Source: a virus (Duplodnaviria > Caudoviricetes). From it: a stretch of DNA of 41,176 nucleotides. The notes under the pieces are model-generated. The model searched no databases and was not told where the DNA came from. It saw only the letters and a list, made by a program, of their open reading frames with translations. How positions within the stretch are numbered: the first letter of the stretch is position 1; every line of letters starts with the position of its first letter. This document shows, one piece after another, positions 9,216 to 18,928 of the stretch. The translations under genes and the position numbers were made by a program. The stretch lies in the IMG/VR virus record IMGVR_UViG_3300029317_000047, positions 1 to 41,176 of that record. One strand, given 5' to 3'.

Positions 9216-12200
9216 TAAGCTGCTCCTATTGTATTTTCTAATTTTGTGGCAATTGATATTTTTTCTATTGAATCAAGAATCCAATCAGATGCATCAAATG
9301 CACCTGTTAATCTTGTACTTGTACACCGTTTGATATTGTTTCCATCTATCCATAAATCATTGATTTCATAGGGTGCATATGGTTCTATGTTGTACACTTT
9401 GACTTCATTGTCAACAATACCTGCAGTTGTCAATTGTCCTAACATACGTCTTACCACTGCCATTTGTTCTGTGGTACATAAAATCCATTGTGTACCTGTG
9501 TAATATTTGTATAATTCTTTGTTACTTCCTGTATCCCATGTAAGACCTGTTAATGCTTCATCATTAAATGTATAATCACCAATATCCATATTTTCAACGG
9601 ATACTTTCCAAATGTCATATTTGTTTACTCCAATAGGTGCATCAAAAGAAGTATAAATGGTCATAAGTCCATCTAAAAAAGCAGCTTCAATTAAACCTGC
9701 ATCACGTATTAGATAAATCAAACATGGTTTATTTACTTCAATATCATAGTTTGTAATATCTGATTTATTTTGAACCGTATCTACACAATGACATGCCAAA
9801 GAATAAGTACCCACATCAAGATTATTTAGTGAGAGTGAATTTACAGATGTTCTATATATTTGACCTGATAAATCCAATTCATAGTGTTTAAAATCTACTT
9901 CATTGTTTTTATCCCATGAAAGAACTTCTTCACCATTTACCCATGTTGCAGTTAAATTTGTAAGTGGGTCTGGCTTTTTTGATGCACCTAAAAAATCGTG
10001 TGTTATTGTTTGTTTTCCAACTTGTATTGTGTAGGTTTCACCTGCATTTAATCTATTGATTAATTCATAAGTATTTGTAAAACTTTCACCAAAATTAACA
10101 CCATTTACTAAAATAGTTCTTTGTAGTGCATTTCCACCATTCCATGTTAAATTTAAAACTTCATCCACTGAACCATCACGATTTTTAACCAATGTCTCTG
10201 AAACAGTTAGATTTGTAATTGCATCTTCAATAATCACTTCTTCTACTTCAATATTCACCGTATCATCATAAACAGTTGGGTTATATTCAACGGCTACTAT
10301 TTTTCTTTTAAGATCAGATGCTCTTGTAATATTTGTAACTCTGTATAAATTGGTGGCTTCTGTGCTTTGTTTCCCAAAAGCAAATACAACATTTACAGGT
10401 GTAATAATCTCTGGAACATTTGTAAGCATCAAAGTATCTGTGATTGTTTCAGTATTTACAACGGATACATTAAAAGTTAAAATTTCATCTGTTTCAAGTC
10501 TGATTTGAAGTTCATAGTTTTCATTCGCTTCAAGTGTGACTTCTTGATCTAAAGTGATAGAGTTTCCTAGTACTGTATTTAAACGTCCATCAGCTAAAGT
10601 ATTTGTCATATGACGAACACCTACTTTTATAACTTCACCAACTGAACATGTAATTGAGTCTGTAAACGCTGTGAAGGTACAAACTTCACTTATATATCTA
10701 TTGGTATTTAAAAGATGTTGTGCGTACTCTAAAGCCATGTTTCTATTGGTACAACCGTATAAAGTAATTGAAGATTTAATTTCTATTGAATTACTATCAA
10801 AATCAAAAGCTTGTACTTGTACTGTTTTGGTTTTATAATCAGTATCTTCATCATGATAAGTTACTTCTATGACATTTGCACGTTCATTGTAAGGAATATA
10901 ATCAATCTGAAAACTACTATCAATAATATTTCCACCTGTAAATAAAAAGCTTTGTGTGGGAATATCAACCACTCTTTCAATGATAGGTGTAAATACTGAC
11001 CCGAATTGAACCACTTTTGCACGACCTAAAAGAGATACCATGTCTAAAGCTGCTTGAAGTTCTTGTTGAGTATCTAAACAAAGACCTATGTAATAACTTT
11101 TAGCTGTACAAAAATCTGCCCAATCTTGAAACTTAACCAAATCAATATCTGAATCTGGAATACCTTCACGTTGTAGTAAATCATAACATGCCCATGCAGG
11201 ATTGTTTTTAGGTTTATTTATGTCCAATGTAGTTGTATTATTTGACTCACAAGTGATTACAGGATAACCACCATTTAACTGATCTGTTGCAAGGGCATTG
11301 ATACTCAATAATGCAACTGCAGGATATTTAAAATCATCATAAACAATTTCATTGATATAATCTAATTGAAGATCATTTGAAGTTCTAGTATCTTCACTAA
11401 AATCAGATGTTCTTTTAAGTCGTACATCATATTGTGCTTTTTCTAAATCTTTAAAATTGTATGTTAATCTTTTGGTTGTTTTATAAGTTGTATTAACTGT
11501 TTTTGTAAGTGGGGTCCATACTGTATCACCTACTTTTTTATAAGCCAATTCAAAAGAAACTGAATGACTTCCATAACTTCCAGAATTGTTAACATAATAT
11601 AAACCTTTTGGAAATGAAACAACAATTTCAAGTTCATCAATACTATTTCCCAAAGTGGTATATATTGTTTCTGCATCTTTTACATTAAGATTTCTTTGTA
11701 ATGGAACAGTGGTTTCACTGTCTCTAAAGTTTCCAATGGGTTCTTGTTCAACTGTTCCTTTGGTAATACTGTATTCTATATCGTTAAAATTACTTATATC
11801 TTGACCATTGATTTTGATATTTGTAATATCATCCACTTCACCATCATTTACAGCCATCAACATATTTAAGTGTTGTTTATCTTCTTGTAGAGATAAATAA
11901 GAAGAAATTACAGGTGGTGTTATTGGTGCAAGTCCTAAAACAATAGGAAGTGTTGACCCTGCATCTTTTGCATTACTTCCACCAGAAAAGGCATAAGTAG
12001 GTGAAACAGATTCTAATACACTTCCTAGTGCTGCACCTGCAACTGCTGCACTAGGAACTGGTGCGATTGAATTGATTAACATTCCACCACCAACAACAAC
12101 GGCAATTTGTGTTCCGTACATTATCCCATATGCTGCTGCTTGTGTTAAAGCTGTGGTTGCTCCAATTGTACTTAATGCTGCTACTCCAATACCTGGTGCT

Positions 12201-12475
12201 GCAATAACTAAAGCCAACATTGCCACGGTAGTTAGTATATTTTTACCACCTCCACCTCCTCCACCTTTTGGGATTGGCACAATGGCAAGATTATCACCCT
12301 CTTTTAAAACAAGTTCATAGTTTTCTGTGATTTGACCATTTAACGATACTACAAATTCAAGATCATCATTGGCATCAATTAAATAATTCCATATAGGTTT
12401 ATTTGCTTTAATTAATTCAATAGTTTTATCATGTGGATTAAAAGGATTGTTTATTGTGGTTAAAGTTGTGACCAT
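9215..12475 (-). CDS. Tail tip / host specificity protein (gpJ-like, with a gpI-like N-terminus)
   Basis: 1086 aa; ubiquitin-like N-terminus, LPIVLG, FPKGLY, NNPAWACYDLL and a C-terminal FN3-like region. Confidence 0.9.
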   Translation of the reverse strand: MVTTLTTINNPFNPHDKTIELIKANKPIWNYLIDANDDLEFVVSLNGQITENYELVLKEGDNLAIVPIPKGGGGGGGKNILTTVAMLALVIAAPGIGVAALSTIGATTALTQAAAYGIMYGTQIAVVVGGGMLINSIAPVPSAAVAGAALGSVLESVSPTYAFSGGSNAKDAGSTLPIVLGLAPITPPVISSYLSLQEDKQHLNMLMAVNDGEVDDITNIKINGQDISNFNDIEYSITKGTVEQEPIGNFRDSETTVPLQRNLNVKDAETIYTTLGNSIDELEIVVSFPKGLYYVNNSGSYGSHSVSFELAYKKVGDTVWTPLTKTVNTTYKTTKRLTYNFKDLEKAQYDVRLKRTSDFSEDTRTSNDLQLDYINEIVYDDFKYPAVALLSINALATDQLNGGYPVITCESNNTTTLDINKPKNNPAWACYDLLQREGIPDSDIDLVKFQDWADFCTAKSYYIGLCLDTQQELQAALDMVSLLGRAKVVQFGSVFTPIIERVVDIPTQSFLFTGGNIIDSSFQIDYIPYNERANVIEVTYHDEDTDYKTKTVQVQAFDFDSNSIEIKSSITLYGCTNRNMALEYAQHLLNTNRYISEVCTFTAFTDSITCSVGEVIKVGVRHMTNTLADGRLNTVLGNSITLDQEVTLEANENYELQIRLETDEILTFNVSVVNTETITDTLMLTNVPEIITPVNVVFAFGKQSTEATNLYRVTNITRASDLKRKIVAVEYNPTVYDDTVNIEVEEVIIEDAITNLTVSETLVKNRDGSVDEVLNLTWNGGNALQRTILVNGVNFGESFTNTYELINRLNAGETYTIQVGKQTITHDFLGASKKPDPLTNLTATWVNGEEVLSWDKNNEVDFKHYELDLSGQIYRTSVNSLSLNNLDVGTYSLACHCVDTVQNKSDITNYDIEVNKPCLIYLIRDAGLIEAAFLDGLMTIYTSFDAPIGVNKYDIWKVSVENMDIGDYTFNDEALTGLTWDTGSNKELYKYYTGTQWILCTTEQMAVVRRMLGQLTTAGIVDNEVKVYNIEPYAPYEINDLWIDGNNIKRCTSTRLTGAFDASDWILDSIEKISIATKLENTIGAA

Positions 12476-12861
12476 GAATAAAATCCTTTTATTTGAGTTT
12501 TAATTATTGGGTTATCTATACAGATAACATGACATTGAACATTTTTAAAAGTGTGTAACATTCTTTTATCATCTATCATCACACCAAAATGTGTAATCAT
12601 ATTTGGGTGTTGTGGGTTGGTACTCATTGCAACAACACTATTTTTAACTGCATGATTTTCTTGTTTCCAATTACGACTAATTTGATCTAAGTACTTCACA
12701 AAACAAGATTTTGCATTGTCTGGATTTGCAATAATTTCTTCTATATCAATATTTAAAAACTCTTTGTAATAAAGTTTTACAATTCCATAACAATCTGCAC
12801 CATCAAGTGTGCGACCTTTATCAACAAAAGGAATACCAATATATTTTTCTAATTCAATCAT
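12460..12861 (-). CDS. NlpC/P60 tail tip protein (gpK-like)
   Basis: YIGIPF..GR...GADCYG and HFGV...MLH motifs. Confidence 0.9.
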   Translation of the reverse strand: MIELEKYIGIPFVDKGRTLDGADCYGIVKLYYKEFLNIDIEEIIANPDNAKSCFVKYLDQISRNWKQENHAVKNSVVAMSTNPQHPNMITHFGVMIDDKRMLHTFKNVQCHVICIDNPIIKTQIKGFYSWSQL

Positions 12862-13484
12862 ATGTTTATCCCTTTATTACCTATGGTTGCAAAGCCACCA
12901 AAACGAGGTGCATTGCCTAAAAGCCTACATGTTTTTAAAGTTTTGTCACATTCCGTTTCAATTCCTGCATAAGCACATTTTGTATCTTTAAATGTAAACC
13001 TGCAGTTATTTGGAAACATTCTTGATTGTGGTGTTCTGGCTCTAAATAAATCCCTGCTAGAAACTGTAAATGAAACTTCTTGTGCATTGATTGAAGATGA
13101 AGCCAACACCAAATTAGTAGAAAATACAGGGGTATCATTTGCCAAATCTTTAGAATTTAAAATATATAAAGTAACAGTAATTGGTGTAAATCCATTTGCT
13201 TTAATCCATACGTCATATTCACGTATATATCGACCAATAATATTATTTACATTTGCCACTTTGATTTGAAATTGTGAAGTTTCAGCATTTGAACTCTGTG
13301 AAATTTCATCCAATTCAAAAGGAAATTTATTCCATGTGAATGTTTTCCAAACTATGTCATCATTGTTACTTACAAGTCTTATTACATCTGTGGTTGAAGG
13401 TATATTTATTTCTAATAAACTCAACCAAACACTATTGGAAGTTAAAGTGTTTTTTTCTTTTTTAACGATTGATGAAATTTCCAC
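12858..13484 (-). CDS. Minor tail protein (gpL-like)
   Basis: C-terminal Cys cluster CRF..CAY..CDKTLKTC..RFGGF. Confidence 0.85.
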   Translation of the reverse strand: MEISSIVKKEKNTLTSNSVWLSLLEINIPSTTDVIRLVSNNDDIVWKTFTWNKFPFELDEISQSSNAETSQFQIKVANVNNIIGRYIREYDVWIKANGFTPITVTLYILNSKDLANDTPVFSTNLVLASSSINAQEVSFTVSSRDLFRARTPQSRMFPNNCRFTFKDTKCAYAGIETECDKTLKTCRLLGNAPRFGGFATIGNKGINI

Positions 13485-13485
13485 T

Positions 13486-13815
13486 TTACACCTCTTTTAA
13501 TACAATGGAAGTGCTGTATTTACTTGCAAAGATATAATCAAACTCTATATCATCCATATCAAATTGAACTTCATAACTGGATCCGTTTAAAGTATCATTA
13601 AAAGTAAATACCAGGGCCTGATTATTTTTAAAAAAGTTTTCCAAAGTTGTTTTTTCTGTTTTACTTAAAACTTTAAATCCTATGTTAAAGGTTTTAATTT
13701 CTCGTGTATGTTTTAAAGCTACTTGTTCATACCCTCCTGAGTAATTACTTTTTAATGTAGGTTTATTAATTTTTTCTCTAAATGATGTGATTGTTAAAGT
13801 TGGGAAAATATTCAT
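13486..13815 (-). CDS. Distal tail protein (gpM-like)
   Basis: GGYEQ motif, size, and position after the tape measure gene. Confidence 0.75.
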   Translation of the reverse strand: MNIFPTLTITSFREKINKPTLKSNYSGGYEQVALKHTREIKTFNIGFKVLSKTEKTTLENFFKNNQALVFTFNDTLNGSSYEVQFDMDDIEFDYIFASKYSTSIVLKEV

Positions 13816-16202
13816 CTCATAAGTCCTCTAAGGTTATCTCTTGCACCATTTTTATTTCTTCCAACTGCATCTAAAACCATATTGACAACTTTTGTTTGTT
13901 CTCCATTGGCATCTGTTTTTGTCATTGCACTTATTTGTTCACCTGATATTGCAGTGCTTGTTTTGTTTTCAATATGTAATTCAAATTTTGTAACTGCTGG
14001 TTGTTGTGATTGTGGAACAGTTAAAGTAACAGGTACTGTTCTATTATCAGGAAGAGGAATATAGGCTTCATTCTGTCTACCTTCGCCATACAATGCAAGT
14101 TGTGGTGAACTTGCAATTCCTCCATTTGCATATGCTCTAAGGGGTACTTCTCCTTTGCTTGACATGATTCCACCATTTTCAAAAGCAAAACCACCCAACA
14201 TACTTCCAAGTCCACTCATCATAGGGGCCATGATATTTTTTCTTATCATCATTCTGGTCATGTCTGATATTATGCTATCTCTTAAACTTGCAAATTCAAG
14301 CTTCCCATTGGTTGCCAAACTGACTAGTGAATCCTCCATACTAGTCATGGCATTGGTAAATACATTTGAAGCATTTAAATAAGAGTCACTTGCAGATTTC
14401 ACATAATCTTGCATTGCATCTTGTGCTCCAAAAAGCCAGTTATCAGAAGCTTCTCTTTTTTCTAATTCTTTTTCTTTAAAATCTTCTGCTTCTTTATCAT
14501 TGATAATAGAGAGTTCATTTTGATACCATGCACTTAAATCTCTTTTGTTTTTGACAACTTTGTCAAACTCCTGGTACTCTACTTTTAACTGTGATCTTTC
14601 AAAGTCATATTGACTCATGATCGATTGATTATAACTCTCAGAAAATCGTTTTTGAATATTGATTTTCTCTTCATTACTTCTTTTAACTTGCTCTAATTCT
14701 TGATCATTAACCTCTGCTAATCTACTAACAAACCATTCTTCTAGTTTGGTTTTATCGGTTACATAATTACGGTATTCGTCATATTGTTGTGAAATTTGTA
14801 GACGTTCGTTATCAAATGCACTTAAAGTACTTTCATAATATCCTTGTGAAAATTCATCTTGAGCACTCTTTTTTTTCTCAAGCATTTCTTCGTATGCTTT
14901 TACATGAGCATCATAGTTATCTGTGTCTTTTCCAACACCACTATATTTATCATTTAAAGTTAAGACATCTTTGTTCCAAGCTTTTACAAGCTCTGTTGTT
15001 GATGCTTTATTTTTTTCTAATAATTCATAATGTTTCAACCACTTTTCATTGATTTTCCCTAACTCAACTTGATAAGGGTTCAGTGTTGTTTGTATATCTT
15101 TTTGTACATCTGTAACATCAAGTTTAATTTCAAGTTTTTGCTGATTTGCTTTATCTGTATAAATACCTGCCATTTTTGAAGAGAGTAATTGAAGCTCTTT
15201 ATTTATTCGAGTAGTTTCTCTTTTTTGCTCACTGTCCCACATAAACTTATCATCTTGAATTACTTTACGCTCTTTAATAAGAAGTTGTCTCTTATAGATT
15301 AAATCTTCTTCTTTATGAAGATCTTTTACTTCAGACATTTGAGCTCGTACTCTTGAAAGGCCAAGATTCATCTGATCAATTACAGAAGCAAAAGGTTTTA
15401 AATTATCACTTACAGTGTTAAAAAGTGGTTCACTTAAATTCTTAGCAAACATGGTCCAACTGTTATTTAAGTTACTTAACTTTGTATCAAAACTATCTAT
15501 TGCTTTAAAGTCTGATAGTTTTTCATCAAACAATCCAACCACATCTGTGCTCTCTTTAATAGCTTCATTACTAAGGCCAATAGCTCTTAAAAATCTACCC
15601 ATTTCAGAAGATACTTCAACAGTACCTGTTGACAATCCATCCATTGCACTTAACATTGCGCTGAATTCTACTTTCGTACCAACAGCAATAGATAATTTTT
15701 CAGTAATACCAATCATCTCTTCACTAGAAGCACCTAGTTTTTTCATACCAATGTACATAGAATCATAAAGGGCCACTGTTTGGTTAAAAGTGTGAGGTGT
15801 TTTAGCATTGATCTTAAATAACTCATTCATCGTAACAGCTGCTTCTTTTGTAGCTATAGCATACTTTTCTGTAATGGTAAGTGCTTTTCCTGTTGAGTCA
15901 GTATTGGCACTGGTAGCTGCGTTTAATGTTGCCAATGAATTAGTGAGGTTTTCCATCTCTCTATTGGCCCCAATCCCTGTTCTAACTGTTTGACCAATAG
16001 TTGCGTTTAATACTTCAAAAGCTTTATCCACAAAATATACCCCTGCCCCTGCATGGGCCATTGTTTCTAATCTTTTTTGAAATACTTTTGTTTTATCTGC
16101 TGATTTAGTAACAGTGGTATTAAGATTTTTTAGCTGACTATTGGTAGATTTAAGTTCACGTGTGTTTGAATCTACTTTAATACTAATCTTTAAGTCTTTC
16201 AC
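13812..16202 (-). CDS. Tail tape measure protein
   Basis: 796-aa helical protein with lambda-type C-terminus (GAQDAMQDY, YANGGI, GEGRQNEAYIPL). Confidence 0.9.
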   Translation of the reverse strand: MKDLKISIKVDSNTRELKSTNSQLKNLNTTVTKSADKTKVFQKRLETMAHAGAGVYFVDKAFEVLNATIGQTVRTGIGANREMENLTNSLATLNAATSANTDSTGKALTITEKYAIATKEAAVTMNELFKINAKTPHTFNQTVALYDSMYIGMKKLGASSEEMIGITEKLSIAVGTKVEFSAMLSAMDGLSTGTVEVSSEMGRFLRAIGLSNEAIKESTDVVGLFDEKLSDFKAIDSFDTKLSNLNNSWTMFAKNLSEPLFNTVSDNLKPFASVIDQMNLGLSRVRAQMSEVKDLHKEEDLIYKRQLLIKERKVIQDDKFMWDSEQKRETTRINKELQLLSSKMAGIYTDKANQQKLEIKLDVTDVQKDIQTTLNPYQVELGKINEKWLKHYELLEKNKASTTELVKAWNKDVLTLNDKYSGVGKDTDNYDAHVKAYEEMLEKKKSAQDEFSQGYYESTLSAFDNERLQISQQYDEYRNYVTDKTKLEEWFVSRLAEVNDQELEQVKRSNEEKINIQKRFSESYNQSIMSQYDFERSQLKVEYQEFDKVVKNKRDLSAWYQNELSIINDKEAEDFKEKELEKREASDNWLFGAQDAMQDYVKSASDSYLNASNVFTNAMTSMEDSLVSLATNGKLEFASLRDSIISDMTRMMIRKNIMAPMMSGLGSMLGGFAFENGGIMSSKGEVPLRAYANGGIASSPQLALYGEGRQNEAYIPLPDNRTVPVTLTVPQSQQPAVTKFELHIENKTSTAISGEQISAMTKTDANGEQTKVVNMVLDAVGRNKNGARDNLRGLMR

Positions 16203-16227
16203 TTAGATACCTTTGTTATAATTCATC

Positions 16228-16323
16228 ATGAAATTTTTAAATACTGGGCTTATCGCCTTTTTCTCAACATTATTGTTTGGAGTGTTAACTTCAATGGCAT
16301 ATTTAGTATTTTTTTTACAATAA
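16228..16323 (+). CDS. 31-aa single-TM peptide, antisense and probably leaderless (candidate superinfection exclusion moron)
   Basis: MKFLNTGLIAFFSTLLFGVLTSMAYLVFFLQ*; extended -10 TGTTATAAT at 16214-16222 ends 5 nt before the ATG. Confidence 0.55.
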   Translation: MKFLNTGLIAFFSTLLFGVLTSMAYLVFFLQ

Positions 16324-16339
16324 TTATTCATGCCATCCC

Positions 16340-16675
16340 TTACTGTTTGATATTAAATACCCATTCTTGACCCATTGCAAAAACAACTGCAGTCCATTTT
16401 TTTTTATTAAAATTATTCCACTCCAAAAAATCTTTTACAGCGTCATATCTTTTACCAATTAACTGCCCCATTCCTGAATACTCAAAAGGGATTTGCAAAA
16501 AGATTCTTGTTAAGTTATATAATTCTTCATCTTCATCATAAAAAACTATTTTAGATAAAGGATTTTCTTTTATTTCTGCTTTTTCTTCTGCATCAAGGTG
16601 AAGTTCACCCACACCTTTTGCATTTTGACTACACCAGGTAAAAAGAGAATCTATCCTCTCTTTAAGAGCTTTCCC
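16340..16675 (-). CDS. Tail assembly chaperone gpT-like segment, expressed as a G-T fusion by -1 frameshift
   Basis: The -1 frame from the GGGAAAG site reads open as GKALKERIDSLFTWCSQNAKGVGELHL... into ORF 16340-16612. Confidence 0.85.
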   Translation of the reverse strand, partial: GKALKERIDSLFTWCSQNAKGVGELHLDAEEKAEIKENPLSKIVFYDEDEELYNLTRIFLQIPFEYSGMGQLIGKRYDAVKDFLEWNNFNKKKWTAVVFAMGQEWVFNIKQ

Positions 16676-16965
16676 AACTCTTCATCACACTCTCTCGCAA
16701 AAGCATATATGTTCCCTTTTTCTTTATAGTGTTCAAAAATCTGTTCAATAAGTTTTTTATCACCTACTAAATTCTCACGAAATTGAAGCATATATAATTC
16801 ATCAATATCTTTTGCAAGTACACCCTCAACACTTAATTTTGTTTTGACTTCATCTATTTGTCGAGTATTTTGTTCAAAAAATTTTAAAATATGTTTTTCA
16901 CCGTCAACTTCAACCTCTAGTTCTAAAAACTTTCTATTATTTTTGTCTAAACTAATTGTTTTCAT
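16651..16965 (-). CDS. Tail assembly chaperone (gpG-like)
   Basis: Between tail tube and tape measure genes; ends LGKLLKRG over the slippery site. Confidence 0.85.
   Translation of the reverse strand: MKTISLDKNNRKFLELEVEVDGEKHILKFFEQNTRQIDEVKTKLSVEGVLAKDIDELYMLQFRENLVGDKKLIEQIFEHYKEKGNIYAFARECDEELGKLLKRG
16669..16675 (-). other. Programmed -1 ribosomal frameshift site G GGA AAG
   Basis: Same heptamer as lambda G/T, in the correct phase. Confidence 0.85.
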
Positions 16966-16974
16966 TTTTATTCC

Positions 16975-17895
16975 TTATGACCATTTTAATTCGAAGTGAT
17001 TACCACTTGTTGAGTCTTTTAAACAACGGTAAGTTTTAGAAATATTTAACTTCCCACTGTTATCACTTTCACTTGGAGTTAAAGGAAAAGCACTATCAAT
17101 TGTTAAAGTGACTGTTTTACCATTTCCAGTTCCAAGAGTGATTACTATTTTTTCAACTGTTTCATTTGCAAACTTAGTCCAAGAAGTATCTGTACTGTCT
17201 TTGTATCCAGTTAAAGTAATCTTTGGATCTAAATCAACTCTTTCAAATTTGGCTAAATCAATGGCATAAATATCTTGGATTTCATTACCCAAATCAAATT
17301 CAAAAGATTGAAGATTAAAAGTACTTCCTGCAATAGTTACAGCACTTACTTTGTTTACCAACATCAATGCTTCTTTATCTAAAGTCACAGTGGGATTTGA
17401 TTCATCTGTTTCTGCAATATCTGTGTACCCTTGCGCTTCAAACTCAACAATGGCACACTCACCAACACTTCCTGTTAATTTGAAATTACAAACAATCCCA
17501 TCTGCACTTCGTTTTTTCCCATCCATATATACAATGGCTTGAGCAGCTACTATTGAACCATGATCGATTGTATATTCAACACTTGTACTTGCTGTCACAG
17601 CTTCTGATAAACCACTCGCTTTTAACAAGTCAGCAATAGCAGGAATGGCATCAGGTGCAGCACCTGTTTTATCATTTCCTCTAAGTTTTGCTTTTATATT
17701 AAAAGTTGTAGTTGTATGTTCTCCATCAATGTATGACTTGGTATTAGCCAATTCACCATCCATCTCTTTATATTCCATCGTTTTAACATCAGGTGAAATA
17801 AGAACCTGCTCTTCAATATTTACAACGTTTGCTGCTAAAGGAAGTCCTCCCTGTTTAAACAATAGTGAATTTTTTTTAGTATCAATCAATGGCAT
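16975..17895 (-). CDS. Major tail tube protein
   Basis: 306-aa beta-rich protein upstream of the G/T chaperones. Confidence 0.8.
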   Translation of the reverse strand: MPLIDTKKNSLLFKQGGLPLAANVVNIEEQVLISPDVKTMEYKEMDGELANTKSYIDGEHTTTTFNIKAKLRGNDKTGAAPDAIPAIADLLKASGLSEAVTASTSVEYTIDHGSIVAAQAIVYMDGKKRSADGIVCNFKLTGSVGECAIVEFEAQGYTDIAETDESNPTVTLDKEALMLVNKVSAVTIAGSTFNLQSFEFDLGNEIQDIYAIDLAKFERVDLDPKITLTGYKDSTDTSWTKFANETVEKIVITLGTGNGKTVTLTIDSAFPLTPSESDNSGKLNISKTYRCLKDSTSGNHFELKWS

Positions 17896-17907
17896 ATCTT
17901 TTCCTTT

Positions 17908-18192
17908 TTATATAATTTCTAAGTCAATTTCTACGTCTATTAAAAGAACTTCTGACTCGAAAGTTCTTAAATCTATAGTAGTGCTCTGTAATGAAAAGAA
18001 ATCATTCCCATCTCTAATATATTGAGCCAACACAGTGATAACTTCGATATTAATATCTTTTGCTAAAACTGCAAGGGTTGCCACATATTGAAAATTAGTA
18101 GAAAAATCTCTTTTCACGACTTTAATCTCATGTGAATCTAAAGCAGGTTTGATCAAACTATTTAATGTTGTAATTGCTGTTTCTTCAGTCAC
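17908..18192 (-). CDS. Putative tail terminator / completion protein
   Basis: Synteny only. Confidence 0.45.
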   Translation of the reverse strand: MTEETAITTLNSLIKPALDSHEIKVVKRDFSTNFQYVATLAVLAKDINIEVITVLAQYIRDGNDFFSLQSTTIDLRTFESEVLLIDVEIDLEII

Positions 18193-18461
18193 GTTATATC
18201 CTTAAGCATTAAAAGTGTTTCTATTTTTTCTATTTGAGTATTCATAACTTCATAGACTTTTGAATCAATAGTAAAAATATCACCCACTGCTAAATCAGGA
18301 CAAGAAGAAGTGATTACACGAATCACTTTTTCTTTTATAGATTCAATCTCTATATCATCAGCTTCAACAAATAAAACTTCTTTGGTGTTATATAGAGCAA
18401 TATCACCACATATTAGATATGCGTTATCTACATCTTTTTTATATTGCTCTTGCCAAGTCAT
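18189..18461 (-). CDS. Head-tail joining protein (gpFII-like)
   Basis: LAVGDIFTIDSKVYEV beta-barrel motif; ATG at 18461 has an RBS. Confidence 0.7.
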   Translation of the reverse strand: MTWQEQYKKDVDNAYLICGDIALYNTKEVLFVEADDIEIESIKEKVIRVITSSCPDLAVGDIFTIDSKVYEVMNTQIEKIETLLMLKDIT

Positions 18462-18462
18462 G

Positions 18463-18927
18463 TTATTCTTTGTCCTCTTCAGTATTTTCAAGTGCATCTA
18501 ATACTACTTTGATAGCTGCTGAAAATTCATCTTTTTTTGTTTTACCTTTAATATCTGCATTTAAAACTTGAGCATATTTTTTAAGGGGTTTACCATCCAT
18601 TGTTGAATAGTCAAAATCTAAAATTGCTTCATAAGCATCATCTTCTGTTTCAAAAGTTGCTGTATCTATACCAATCTCTTTTGCATAAGCCAGTGCTTCA
18701 TCTGCAGACATATCATCAAGGAAAACAATTACAACTTTTGCAGGTGTGCTTTTCTCTTCATCCGAAGTGATTTCTTCCATGATTATTTTTTTCAAATACT
18801 TTGCATCAACCAATGATTGAATTTCTTCTTCATCATCAAAGTATTTTTTAATATCAGTTATGGTTTCATTTGCAGAAATAACCCCCTTGTCGGTTGTTAT
18901 TTCTACATTTGATTTATAAATAGTCAT
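18463..18927 (-). CDS. Acidic head-associated protein (gpFI position)
   Basis: Follows the major capsid gene; acidic with short helical repeats. Confidence 0.5.
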   Translation of the reverse strand: MTIYKSNVEITTDKGVISANETITDIKKYFDDEEEIQSLVDAKYLKKIIMEEITSDEEKSTPAKVVIVFLDDMSADEALAYAKEIGIDTATFETEDDAYEAILDFDYSTMDGKPLKKYAQVLNADIKGKTKKDEFSAAIKVVLDALENTEEDKE

Positions 18928-18928
18928 A

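Noticed and set aside
12243-12266. Poly-glycine run in the gpJ-like protein as a phase-variable tract
   Set aside because: It is encoded by mixed GGT/GGA codons, not a homopolymer; it is a normal linker.
6435-12475. Diversity-generating retroelement or invertible tail-fibre cassette
   Set aside because: No reverse transcriptase, invertase or duplicated template/variable region was seen.
7072-17542. Numerous short plus-strand and alternate-frame ORFs inside tail genes
   Set aside because: They are shadows of long structural genes with no independent expression signals.
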